A stretch of 64,000 nt of DNA from an uncultured Bacteroidales bacterium (lineage in GTDB: Bacteria > Bacteroidota > Bacteroidia > Bacteroidales > JAGOPY01): positions 4,911 to 68,910 of the forward strand of contig CAZUDV010000004.1 in NCBI GenBank assembly GCA_964619555.1, in the 5' to 3' direction. The position numbers and the translations under genes were made by a program. Shown here in pieces: positions 28,788 to 38,426 of this stretch. Position 1 is the stretch's first letter, and the number at the start of each line of letters is the position of its first letter. Under the pieces are notes generated by a model, which worked only from the letters and a program-made list of their open reading frames with translations, made no database searches and was not told the DNA's origin.

Positions 28788-29546
28788 TTATCTCTCAATA
28801 TCATGGCAGTCAAGTATTTCATTCAACCCCAGCAGCACCAGGTCGGGGACTGCAAAGATGTTAATTTTTAGCTTATTGTGCAAGAATTTATGATCTCCGC
28901 CGGTAATAACGGTAATAACTTCCGCGTATTGCTCTTTATAAAGGCCTATAATACCTTTAATTTCCTCGCAAACGCCATTGATAACACCGGATAATAAAGA
29001 TTCTCCGGTATTATGGCCGATGAGGCCGCCGAAATCTTCCGGTTCCATCATCGGGAGCCGCCCGGTGAATTCATGCATGGCCCGGAACCGCATCCGGATC
29101 CCGGGGGAAATGCTTCCTCCCGAATATTCACCGCCTGCTGTCAGGAAGTCGTACGTGATGCAGGTTCCGGCATCGATGGATAGTACATTTTTCCCGGGAA
29201 AGAGGGCAAATGCGCCGATGGCAGCCGCCAGCCGGTCTTTTCCCAGGGTTTCCGGTGTTTCGTAGAGATTTTTGATGGGGATGCGGGTGTTTTCATCGAG
29301 GACCAGTAAACGACCGGCTTTTGCGAGGATTTTTTCATATTCCGGAGCAGGTCGGGCAACCGAAGAAAGGATGATGGAAGAAAATGGTCCGTATGTAACG
29401 AGCCATTGTTTCAGTTCGTTTTCCGAAAAGCCTGAGAAAGTTTCTTTATCCAGCATTTCCTTGCCGGAGAATACGGCAAATTTCTGCAGGGTATTACCAA
29501 TGTCTATGACAAGTTTTCTTTGCACCTGGATAAAAAAGGGTTGCAA
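28788..29546 (-). CDS. coaX: type III pantothenate kinase
   Basis: LVIDIGNT phosphate-1 motif, SIDAGTCITYD and ITGG. The start is uncertain: the track start is TTG and GTG at 29525 is an alternative. Confidence 0.88.
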   Translation of the reverse strand: MQPFFIQVQRKLVIDIGNTLQKFAVFSGKEMLDKETFSGFSENELKQWLVTYGPFSSIILSSVARPAPEYEKILAKAGRLLVLDENTRIPIKNLYETPETLGKDRLAAAIGAFALFPGKNVLSIDAGTCITYDFLTAGGEYSGGSISPGIRMRFRAMHEFTGRLPMMEPEDFGGLIGHNTGESLLSGVINGVCEEIKGIIGLYKEQYAEVITVITGGDHKFLHNKLKINIFAVPDLVLLGLNEILDCHDIER

Positions 29547-29586
29547 AGTTAGAAAAAATATCTATCTTTGCGCTCCCAAAAGTGGA

Positions 29587-29659
<73 letters not shown>

Positions 29660-29678
29660 CAGGAAAAATCAGGATAAG

Positions 29679-29708
29679 CCCCGGTAATATTCAGTTATCG
29701 GGGTTTTT
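29679..29708 (+). terminator. rho-independent terminator after tRNA-Phe
   Basis: ccccggtaa tattcag ttatcgggg ttttt: a 9-bp stem with one G-U pair, followed by a T5 tract. Confidence 0.7.
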
Positions 29709-29945
29709 CATTGCTCATTTGCGAAACTATTGCGAAACAAATTCCTTTTTTAGCCCATTTTGTCAACATTCTCATATCCTTGATCCATCAAATTTTAGCC
29801 ATATATATCAAAGATCCCGTATCCTAAATTCCAGTGATGGGGGGGGTACTTAAAAAAGGCGTTTCCCCCGCCCGGATGGGTATGCCGTCATAATGTAATT
29901 AGTCAGTTTAGGGATACGGGCAGGGTAAAGATTAATTTATAAAAA

Positions 29946-31439
29946 CTACCTGACTACCGTCATCTTCCCTGTGGAAGACTGTTTGCCTGTTGACAGGCGG
30001 TAGAAGTAGATTCCTGATGGTAATCCTGCCACGTTCCATGAGAAGTGATGGTTGCCTTTTTGCTGATATTCATTGATCAGGTAGTCCATCTGCTGACCGT
30101 AAAGATTATAAATCTGCAAGGTCACTTGCGATGGTTCATCAAGGGCATAACAGAATGTGATTGCACTGGAAGAGGGATTTGGGTAAACAGACAGGTGTTG
30201 AACTTCCTGGTCAGCTATACCCGAATAACCGACATTTACTTCAAGGGTGTTGGTATCGGCATAGCAACCGAGTTCGCTCATTTCTATGAGTTTGACATAT
30301 CCCATACCCGCTGTATTCCAATGAACCGTGATACTGTTATCCGTCCCATCGACCTTTATGCCGCCTTCAACCATGAATTCATAAGTATGTCCCTCACTTG
30401 CATTTACAGAATATGTTGCCACTTGAAATAGAGTCGCCGTTATGTCACCCAAAATAAACGTGGGAACGGTAAATTCAACAGTGAGGAGTGCGGTATTGCT
30501 TGTGTCTACTCCATATTCGTTTGTAGCAATGCAACGGTATTGTCCTGCATCTTCCGGCTGAACCTGTGGGATAGTTAGGACGCTATCTGTGGCACCTATT
30601 ATATCAGCACCATCTTTCTGCCATTGATAATAAAGTGGGAGAATACCGTCAGCTTTAACTTCAAAAGAAGTGCTGTCGTTTTTGCAGATTTGCTGGTTTT
30701 CTATCGTTGATAGTATAGTAGCCTGAATTAACCAACCTCCTTCATGGTAAAGAGTATTTATTTCCGCATCGCTTAACGTACGATCATAAACTCTAATATC
30801 ATCAAGTTTACCGTTTAAGTGGTAGGATGCATTATCATTAAAAATTAGTTGTCCGAAAAATAATTGCCCACTCAAAATAGTATTCGGTGGTAAATTCAAA
30901 TAAACACTTGAATTTATAAAAGTATCTATGAAGAACTTTACTGAGTCGGTCTGCATATCATAGACCATCACAATAAAATGCCACTCACCTAATATATCTT
31001 CTGGAACACTATATGCACCATAGTCGCAAAGATGAAAGCATAACCTCCCATCATCCTCTAAAAGCGCATTGCACCCGTTGTTCGAGCCATATGTTCCATA
31101 AGAAAGTGCTGTCCCCCATCCATACCATGGTGGCGGATCAAGACATGTATAATAATTAACCCAAAATGTGAAGGTTCGTGATTGATCATTTGCCGGCATA
31201 AAGGCATCGGTACAGGCAATGTAAGCAGAAATCCCATCAAAATTGTAAGCAGAATTATCATTTCCGAATCGGTCGGTGGTCAGAACGGCACCATTTACCG
31301 TCCCATCGTTACCATTTCCACTCTCATCATTAGCGTTACCATTGAAGGGATACCATGCAACAAGACCGTCAGTGGGTATCTGTGCCAGTGATACAACCAC
31401 AATAAATAAGCTGCTGAATAATAGTATGAGTTTTTTCAT
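29946..31439 (-). CDS. T9SS-sorted protein: LamG (concanavalin-like) + Ig I-set-like + beta-sandwich + type A C-terminal sorting domain
   Basis: Signal MKKLILLFSSLFIVVVSLAQ. LamG_3-like block (WYPFNGNANDESGNGNDGT ... DDIRVYDRTLS). Ig-like block (YYQWQKDGADIIGATDSVLTIPQVQPEDAGQYRCIATNEYGVDTSNTALLTV). CTD: LSVYPNPSSSAITF ... LPSGIYFYRL ... GKMTVVR. Confidence 0.85.
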   Translation of the reverse strand: MKKLILLFSSLFIVVVSLAQIPTDGLVAWYPFNGNANDESGNGNDGTVNGAVLTTDRFGNDNSAYNFDGISAYIACTDAFMPANDQSRTFTFWVNYYTCLDPPPWYGWGTALSYGTYGSNNGCNALLEDDGRLCFHLCDYGAYSVPEDILGEWHFIVMVYDMQTDSVKFFIDTFINSSVYLNLPPNTILSGQLFFGQLIFNDNASYHLNGKLDDIRVYDRTLSDAEINTLYHEGGWLIQATILSTIENQQICKNDSTSFEVKADGILPLYYQWQKDGADIIGATDSVLTIPQVQPEDAGQYRCIATNEYGVDTSNTALLTVEFTVPTFILGDITATLFQVATYSVNASEGHTYEFMVEGGIKVDGTDNSITVHWNTAGMGYVKLIEMSELGCYADTNTLEVNVGYSGIADQEVQHLSVYPNPSSSAITFCYALDEPSQVTLQIYNLYGQQMDYLINEYQQKGNHHFSWNVAGLPSGIYFYRLSTGKQSSTGKMTVVR

Positions 31440-31451
31440 CTTGATAGATTT

Positions 31452-33011
31452 TTAAAAGTCGTTCAATATTATTTTCCCATTCCCCGTCAATTTGTCGGAA
31501 AGGACTTTATAGAAATATACTCCCGCAGGTAAGCCTTCAGCATTCCATTGCACCTGATGATTACCGAACTGCTGATAAGCATCCACGGGTGTTTCCATTA
31601 ATTGTCCGAAGGCATTATAAATCTGAATGGTGACCTGTGATGGCTCCGTGAGGGTGTAATAGAAAGTAATTAATCCTGAAGTAGGATTCGGATAAACAGA
31701 CAATCGTTTAGCTTCCTGTTCGTTTATACCCATTGAGCCGATGGTCACATTCAGGGTATTGGTATCCGCATCGCAACCAATATCACTCGTCTCTATGAGC
31801 TTGACAAACCCCGGTCCTGCATTGCCCCAATGCACCATGACACTGTTCTCGGTTCCGTCAATCCTGTTGCCACCTTCGGCAATAAATTCATAGGTGTGAC
31901 CCTGCTGAATTTCCACAGAGTAAGTTGCAACCTGATATTCAAGAACATTGGTAAATCCCTGTATTTCGGTTGGGACAGCAAACTCAACCCATAACATTGC
32001 AGTGTTGCTGGTATCAATCCCGTAACTATTGGAAGCGATGCACCTGTATTGACCTGCATCTTCGGGCTGTACCTGTGCAATGGTTAGGATGCTATTTGTT
32101 GCACCTGAAATATCTGTATCATCTTTTTGCCACTGGTAATTAATTGGAGGGATACCAACTGCCTTAACTTCAAAAGCCGTACTGTCGTTCTTGCAGATCT
32201 GCTGATCATTCAGAACAGTATAGATGTAAGCATGGTCAATGAATTGTGTCTTGGCGTAATTCCATACTTTGAGTTCATCAATGGCAACACTTCCCTGACC
32301 CATTTGATTGCTAATAATTTTTACATCACCATATAAAGGTGAAACAGCTTCAATTGGACAATAATTAAATGCTAAATATGGGGCATCACAAGATCCAACG
32401 GGAATACCATCAAGGAAAAGCATTAATGATTTTGAATTGCCCGGTACCCCATTTATATCCCATGACAGGGCATAATGATGCCAAGCATTGACATCCCCTA
32501 AAATTGATGCAAATGTAGAGTATTCCGTCCATGACCCTGTTGATATTGATCCCCCACGTTCCTCAACCGCTTGTCCTGCCCGTCCGCATAATCCTGCACC
32601 TTCATGACCATCATTACCGTTATAATGAATTTCGTACATAGCATATGGTGGTATTCCCTCCGAACTGGTATAAAAGAAACCTGGACATCGTCCCCAATTA
32701 GAATTAACATATTCTGGCATGTCATATAACCTACCCCAAAATTCTACGCAACCACGGTTGGGAGGAATAATTTCTTTAGGAAATGTAACAAGGTCAGATT
32801 CATTATAATTTGCATAATAAGCATTTCCAACCTGCCCAGTTGTGAAATTTGTTACAGGGTCTGCATTGAAGGTTCCTCCTGGTCCTGCGACGGGATTGGT
32901 TATGGAATTCACATCATCGAAGGTACAATACAGCATGAGGCTGTCACTGACCTGTGCCTGTAATGCAGCTACGATCATGCAACTGCATATGAAAAGGGTA
33001 ATGGTTTTCAT
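31452..33011 (-). CDS. T9SS-sorted protein, paralog of 29946-31439 (divergent LamG-like N-terminus + Ig I-set-like + beta-sandwich + CTD)
   Basis: Signal MKTITLFICSCMIVAALQAQ. Ig block INYQWQKDDTDISGATNSILTIAQVQPEDAGQYRCIASNSYGIDTSNTAMLWV. CTD: LSVYPNPTSGLITF ... LPAGVYFYKV ... GKIILNDF. Confidence 0.85.
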   Translation of the reverse strand: MKTITLFICSCMIVAALQAQVSDSLMLYCTFDDVNSITNPVAGPGGTFNADPVTNFTTGQVGNAYYANYNESDLVTFPKEIIPPNRGCVEFWGRLYDMPEYVNSNWGRCPGFFYTSSEGIPPYAMYEIHYNGNDGHEGAGLCGRAGQAVEERGGSISTGSWTEYSTFASILGDVNAWHHYALSWDINGVPGNSKSLMLFLDGIPVGSCDAPYLAFNYCPIEAVSPLYGDVKIISNQMGQGSVAIDELKVWNYAKTQFIDHAYIYTVLNDQQICKNDSTAFEVKAVGIPPINYQWQKDDTDISGATNSILTIAQVQPEDAGQYRCIASNSYGIDTSNTAMLWVEFAVPTEIQGFTNVLEYQVATYSVEIQQGHTYEFIAEGGNRIDGTENSVMVHWGNAGPGFVKLIETSDIGCDADTNTLNVTIGSMGINEQEAKRLSVYPNPTSGLITFYYTLTEPSQVTIQIYNAFGQLMETPVDAYQQFGNHQVQWNAEGLPAGVYFYKVLSDKLTGNGKIILNDF

Positions 33012-33600
33012 GGCTAATTGAATTGTATGGTTATATTGGTCGGATGTGTATAATTTTCAGGTATTTGAAATCATATCTCGATTAACCGGGTATGGGACCA
33101 CTTCAAGTTTTTCAAAGTTACCTCAACCACAAGGCAGGAATGAGTCAGATCAACGAACGCCGGGTTTTGTTCAACGAACACAAAAATCGCTCAACCCCCG
33201 CCAACTATCCTCATGACCATAAAGGAAAATATTAAAGGAAGGACTTTTAATGTTTTGGATTATAGGCTTTAGCACCTGAAAAATACGAAAAAATAAGGGG
33301 AAAAGCAAGTAAAATTATCGGGTGTATCCACAGATACATACGCCCCAGAGTACGATAATATGCCCCGGACGTATATATATATCAGATTTGGAATCTTCGG
33401 CCATCCTGACTCAAACGGTTTCGTATATTTGGCAGATTATCCTACTATGTGTTGATTGGTGCACACGCCGAATAAATTGACCAGTCTGCGCCGATTTAAA
33501 TTGACCACCCTCCGCCGGAGTAAATTGACCACCCCTGTTTGACCCCTGTTTTCATTGGCATTAATCACCTTGATCCGTATTCCATACAAATATATGTTTT

Positions 33601-34335
33601 CTATTCTTCCGATTCAAGTGTTTCCATGGGTTCTGGTTTTTTCCTTTTTCTGAGAGATTCTCCCTGAAGTTCAATGCGGTTTGCATCGTGTACGAGCCTG
33701 TCCAGGATGGCATCTGCGACAGTGGCTTCTCCAATGATATCATACCATTGCTGGACAGGCAACTGCGAGGCAATGATGGTTGACCGCTTCCCATGGCGGT
33801 CTTCGATGATCTCCATCAGGGTGGCGCGGCTGTATGAGTCCAATGGGAGCAGGCCAAAGTCATCCAGGATCAACAAGTCGGTTTTTTCTATCCTGGCGAT
33901 CTCTTTCAGGTAGGATCCGTCGGCCTTGGCCATTTTCAGCCTGGCGAACAGTTTGCTGCTGTTGGAATACAGCACCTTGTACCCGAGGGTGCAGGCCTGG
34001 TTGCCCAGGGCCGAGGCGATGTAGCTTTTTCCGATGCCTGTGCTCCCGGTGATCATGATGTTTTCAAAACGGTCAATGTATGAGCATTCCGACAGGCGCA
34101 TGAACAGGTTCTTGTCCAGGTTCCGGTCAATATCGAAGTAGGTCTGCTCAAGGTTGGCCCGGTAACAGAACCGTGCATTGCGGAGGTCCCGCTCGATGCG
34201 GCGGTTGTTGCGGTCGTCCCATTCGGCATCGATCAAAAGGGATACCAGCTCATCGGATGTGAGAGCTGCGGACCGGCCCTCCTGGATGGTCGTACGGAAG
34301 GCGGATGCCATTGCATAGAACTTCATTTGTTTCAT
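33601..34335 (-). CDS. istB: IS21-family helper ATPase IstB
   Basis: Walker A GSTGIGKSY, Walker B LLILDDFG, and an IstB-like C-terminus AILDRLVHDANRIELQGES. Confidence 0.92.
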   Translation of the reverse strand: MKQMKFYAMASAFRTTIQEGRSAALTSDELVSLLIDAEWDDRNNRRIERDLRNARFCYRANLEQTYFDIDRNLDKNLFMRLSECSYIDRFENIMITGSTGIGKSYIASALGNQACTLGYKVLYSNSSKLFARLKMAKADGSYLKEIARIEKTDLLILDDFGLLPLDSYSRATLMEIIEDRHGKRSTIIASQLPVQQWYDIIGEATVADAILDRLVHDANRIELQGESLRKRKKPEPMETLESEE

Positions 34336-34383
34336 CTTTTCAGGGTTTGTTCATTCATTTTTCTTGGTATTTGAGATGTATTT

Positions 34384-35922
34384 TCATTGATAGTACTCTT
34401 TACCCTGTATGTTTTCATGGGTGGGGACTTCGGTGGATGGATGCTCTTCTGCAGGAAAACTCTTGTCGTAACCTTTTTCCAGAATGATGCGGATGGTGTG
34501 ATAACTGTAATCCCCGTAATCCATGGCCCGTTTGCAGGCATCGTTGAGTCGTTTGTGACCAGCCCGGGAGGCAAAGCTCAGTACTCCCTGGCAGGATTTA
34601 TAGGCCTGTTCGGGATGCTGGCGGCTATCAATGATGCCTTTGATATAGTCCCGGCAGGCCTGTCCGACCTCTTCGCCCTTTTGGATGAACTTGTCCGGAT
34701 TCCAGTCGGTCTGATAGCGGTGTTTGCTGGCCAGGTGATCTTCCACGGTGGAGTACTTATAGGGCCTTCTGTCCCGGTCATGCACAGCGATACGATCGTG
34801 GCGGTGATACACTTCCACCAGCGACTGGCTGTAGAACAGGGTCACCTTTTTGCCGATTTACTGGTAAGGCACACTGTAATAATGTTTGTCCTCGCCCAGA
34901 AAAACAAAATTGTTCTTCATCACAGTCACTACCTTCCTGTGTTTGATCTCATAGCGGCGAAGCGGCAAGGCCTGAAGTGAGGCCCTTTCCGTTTCTTCAA
35001 AGACCTGCCGGCGGCTGTAGGGACGAGATGACATCGGCCGACAGTTAAAATCATCCACAAGCTCCCGTATGGCCTGGTTGATCGTGTCAACTGAGGAGAA
35101 CACCCCGGTGCGGATCTCCTCATAGACCGCCCTGTAAATGATCTTTACGGCACCTTCCACAAGCGCTTTGTGAGTGGGTTTATAAGGCCTGGCAGGAACA
35201 ACGGCCATGGTATAATGACTGGCAAAATCACGGAAAGCATCATTGAGGACCGGCTCGTAACGATTGCTTCGGACAACGGCTAATTTTAGGTTATCCGTCA
35301 CGATGGCCAGCGGGGATCCGCCATAGTAATGCAACGCATGCTCGCAAGAGGTGATGAAGTCTTCCGTCTGCTGGCTCATCGAGGCTTCCACATAAAGCAG
35401 CTGGCTTCCTCCCAGTACCGATACAAACACCTCCAGGTCAATGATCTCTCCGGTCGTCGGATCCACCATCTGGAGCTTTTCTCCGGCATAATCCACATAC
35501 ATCTTGTCGCCTGCCTTATGCTCGATATGCATGATCGGATTACTGGCTTTGTGCCAAAGCAGGTAGTAATGCTTGAACTGCGAAAGGCCGTAGCCATCCG
35601 GATGAAGCTCCCTGTAACGGTTCCACTGCTGCTCCTTGGTTACCCCCTTGCGCTTTAAGGACCGTTCCATCTCCGGAAAAAAGGACAACAAAGACCTGTA
35701 CCGGGGATCATCATCCATCTCCTTACGAGGCACCATGTCCAGGAATAACTGTTCCAGCTTCCCGTCGCTCATCTGGTCAAGTTCGCTGTGAACCTTACCA
35801 CTGGCCAGAAACAGCCGGATATACTTCTTTATCGTGTTACGCGGCAGACCTAGCCGATTTGCGATGGCAGTCTTACTTACACCCTCGGTGTAGAGTCTGA
35901 GTAAACTTCTTACCTTGCTCAT
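34384..35922 (-). pseudogene. istA: IS21-family transposase IstA interrupted by a single in-frame TAA
   Basis: Track ORFs 34858-35943 (HTH + DDE region) and 34384-34845 are in the same frame. The read-through is ...HYYSVPYQ * IGKKVTLFYSQSLVEVYHRHDRIAVH..., so the stop at 34858-34860 sits inside the conserved IstA block. The ATG at 35922 (MSKVRSLLRLY) is the likely start. Confidence 0.8.
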
Positions 35923-36163
35923 ACTGATCAATTTGTTCGGCAAAGTTTATCGTTTTCAAATCCATACGATAAATCCATGCCTGGGTATCGGCAAGGTGAT
36001 CTTTTGCTAATTTAGGGTGGTCAATTTCGACCGGCGTGGGGTGGTCAATTTCATCCGGCGGAGCCTGAAAATTTCACCGGCGTGAGGTGGTCAATTTGCT
36101 CCGGCGTGGACTGATAAATTCATCAGCTGTGTCCAGTCAGCCAACGTGTAGCAAAATTTGCAA

Positions 36164-37813
36164 TTATTTCCTTTTCCTGTTTTTCTCTTCTTTTGGAGGT
36201 TTGATCGCGTATTTCCCGGTGGGGGCCAGTGTTCGGATCATCCCGCTCTGGATGGTCTTCCAAAGGTAATTGATGATCCCTTTGTTCTTGTCGCGTTCAT
36301 ACCCGACAGACACCACTTTTACCGGTTTCCCGGGCGGGGGATTATTGGAATGGGTAACCTTGTCGGCCAGAAAAGAAATGAACCCCCATTCCTTGCCTGC
36401 TTCTTTCTTTAAAAGCACCACATCCAGGTCATTGTAGAGAAATTCCATCCATCCGGAGGAATGATGATCATTCGCCTCAAAAAAGAAGGTCATCCTTTTC
36501 ACTTTCCCTGCATTGAATTTCATGTTGATGCTTGGTTCCAGCATATTGTTCAAAGGGCTGAGCTGCATGGCCCCGACACTGCCCGAACATTTGAAATCGC
36601 GGAGATCCCCTTCCAGGGGCAGGATAAGTTCGGCGTTCAGGGGGCCTTCTTCCATTACCCTGGCCTGTACATGGAAATGCATCCTGTTATCAGAAGAGTC
36701 TTCCTCAACCAGGTTGGTCAGGGAATATGACTGGGCATGGAAGTCGGCCAGGAGGATCGATCCCGCCTCCGTTTTCCCTTCAGCCAGTTCCTGGTAATAT
36801 ATCTTCGAATGACTGATCTTTAAACTATCGATGATCAGGGGCATATCCAGTTCCAGGAACGATTCATTGTAGAATTTTGGATAGCGGTTGAAATTGAATG
36901 CGACATTTTTATCCCGGTAGATATCGGCATTTACGCTGTCGATCAAAATTCCCGAAATTTCAAGTGGTTCACCGGCCAGCCATCTTTCCAGGCCGATATC
37001 AGACAGTATAACTGATCCGATCCGGATATCAAAGCGGTCATTCTGGAAGGCCAGTTTTTTTGAGAATGCTTTTTTGTCAAATTTCGGGATCATGCGGAAT
37101 CCTTCGAGGATCAGCAAGGAGTCTTTTTTACTGAAATCGAAAAGGTCCAGCTTCATATCGTACAGACCGGATCTGGAAAAGATATCCATGTTCCTCAGGC
37201 TTAGGCTGATATCATCATAAGAATAGCCGACGGGTTCTTCCAGGCTGTTTCGTTCCAGATGGATGGCTTGTGCCAGGAAATTAATTTGATCGGAGCTGGC
37301 CAGCAGGGTGTCCTGGTGGAAGAGCTGCAATTTGCCACCGGCCATCATAACCCGTTCCAGATAGATTTGTTTCAATAATTGTTTTTTGGCCTTACTTTTT
37401 TTTCTATCCCGGATCTCATCCTGGAGGGCATCATCCGTTTGAACCGGTAAAGTGATCCTGACGACCGGATCATCGATAACGAAGTCGCGGATGACCAGGT
37501 TTTTTTCAAACAGCATCTTGCTTAAGCTAAAATCCGTCAGTTTAATGGAAGCGACTTCTGCTTCGATCCTTACCCTGTTTTCCGGCAGGGTAGAATCGGG
37601 AAACATCCGGGTGTCCTTAATAATCAGGTACCGATGGAACAGGTCGACCCGGATCTTTTTATATTCGATCCTGTGATTCAATGGCTTGGTTCCTTCAAGA
37701 AAAGAACGGATATAAGGATCGATAACGCGGTCGGTATACTGGGCAAGTAGGATGAATAATATTAGAATAGCGCTTATAAGTGCAAGGATGCTAATAAGTA
37801 AGGATTTCTTCAT
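36164..37813 (-). CDS. N-terminally anchored hypothetical protein (549 aa; AsmA/DUF748-like is only a guess)
   Basis: MKKSLLISILALISAILILFILLAQ anchor, a long beta-rich body and a Lys-rich tail KPPKEEKNRKRK. There is no competing ORF of comparable length. Confidence 0.6.
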   Translation of the reverse strand: MKKSLLISILALISAILILFILLAQYTDRVIDPYIRSFLEGTKPLNHRIEYKKIRVDLFHRYLIIKDTRMFPDSTLPENRVRIEAEVASIKLTDFSLSKMLFEKNLVIRDFVIDDPVVRITLPVQTDDALQDEIRDRKKSKAKKQLLKQIYLERVMMAGGKLQLFHQDTLLASSDQINFLAQAIHLERNSLEEPVGYSYDDISLSLRNMDIFSRSGLYDMKLDLFDFSKKDSLLILEGFRMIPKFDKKAFSKKLAFQNDRFDIRIGSVILSDIGLERWLAGEPLEISGILIDSVNADIYRDKNVAFNFNRYPKFYNESFLELDMPLIIDSLKISHSKIYYQELAEGKTEAGSILLADFHAQSYSLTNLVEEDSSDNRMHFHVQARVMEEGPLNAELILPLEGDLRDFKCSGSVGAMQLSPLNNMLEPSINMKFNAGKVKRMTFFFEANDHHSSGWMEFLYNDLDVVLLKKEAGKEWGFISFLADKVTHSNNPPPGKPVKVVSVGYERDKNKGIINYLWKTIQSGMIRTLAPTGKYAIKPPKEEKNRKRK

Positions 37814-37848
37814 ATGTTGGGATTGATTCCAGGAGATTAAATCAAGAC

Positions 37849-38235
37849 TTAATCATCTTCGTATCCGCTGCCTGCTGTAAAATCTTCATCATTGAATTCC
37901 TCGAACGTAATTTCTTCAGGCGGTTCCTCATCCATTTCAATCGCAACGCCTTTCTTTTTTTCAACCGTTGTACCGTTGATATGCTTCAGGGATCTTTCAT
38001 CGAAGGAACTTCCAAATTCGGATTCTATATCTTCATAAATGAATTCATCGATCAGGGATAAGGCATCCATGTATTTTCTGCTTTTGATTTCACCGAAAAG
38101 TTCGATAAAATCCGGGTCAGTTTTAACTCTTTCACGGATATCTTCCACATATTCATCCAGTTCATCATAATCACCCATTTCAATGGCTTCCCGGATGGTT
38201 TCGAGGTATTCGAATTTTCTAGTGTCCATAGTCAA
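37849..38235 (-). CDS. small highly acidic hypothetical protein (128 aa)
   Basis: ATG ORF rich in D/E (EMGDYDELDEYVEDIRE ... EEPPEEITFEEFNDEDF). No family recognised. Confidence 0.45.
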   Translation of the reverse strand: MTMDTRKFEYLETIREAIEMGDYDELDEYVEDIRERVKTDPDFIELFGEIKSRKYMDALSLIDEFIYEDIESEFGSSFDERSLKHINGTTVEKKKGVAIEMDEEPPEEITFEEFNDEDFTAGSGYEDD

Positions 38236-38320
38236 ACAAAATTATCAGTTAATATCGATTATCACACTAAATGTAAGCAATTTTTCCGAAAAATCAAGAG
38301 GTTTTTTTTCGCTACTACCA

Positions 38321-38355
38321 ACCTGTGAGGTGACCTGTGAGGTGACCTGTGAGGT
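38321..38355. repeat. three tandem copies of a 12-nt word (ACCTGTGAGGTG) upstream of the decarboxylase gene
   Basis: acctgtgaggtg acctgtgaggtg acctgtgaggt. Confidence 0.85.
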
Positions 38356-38426
38356 TGTTTATTTCATACTTTTGGATATTCTGCAGTAGGACCTTTTCCC
38401 GGCCCAACCCTTTAATACAAGAGAAT

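Larger units (their letters stand above)
33460..36135 (-). mobile_element. IS21-family insertion sequence (istA-istB), ends approximate
   Basis: The istA and istB ORFs are flanked by multiple subterminal 13-nt repeats: aaattgaccaccc at 33474-33482 (partial), 33498-33510 and 33523-33535, and its complement gggtggtcaattt at 36015-36027, 36038-36051 and 36085-36097. Imperfect terminal IRs are tgcacacgccgaataaattgaccag versus the reverse complement of ctgataaattcatcagctgtgtcca (about 16/25). No target duplication was recognised. Confidence 0.8.
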
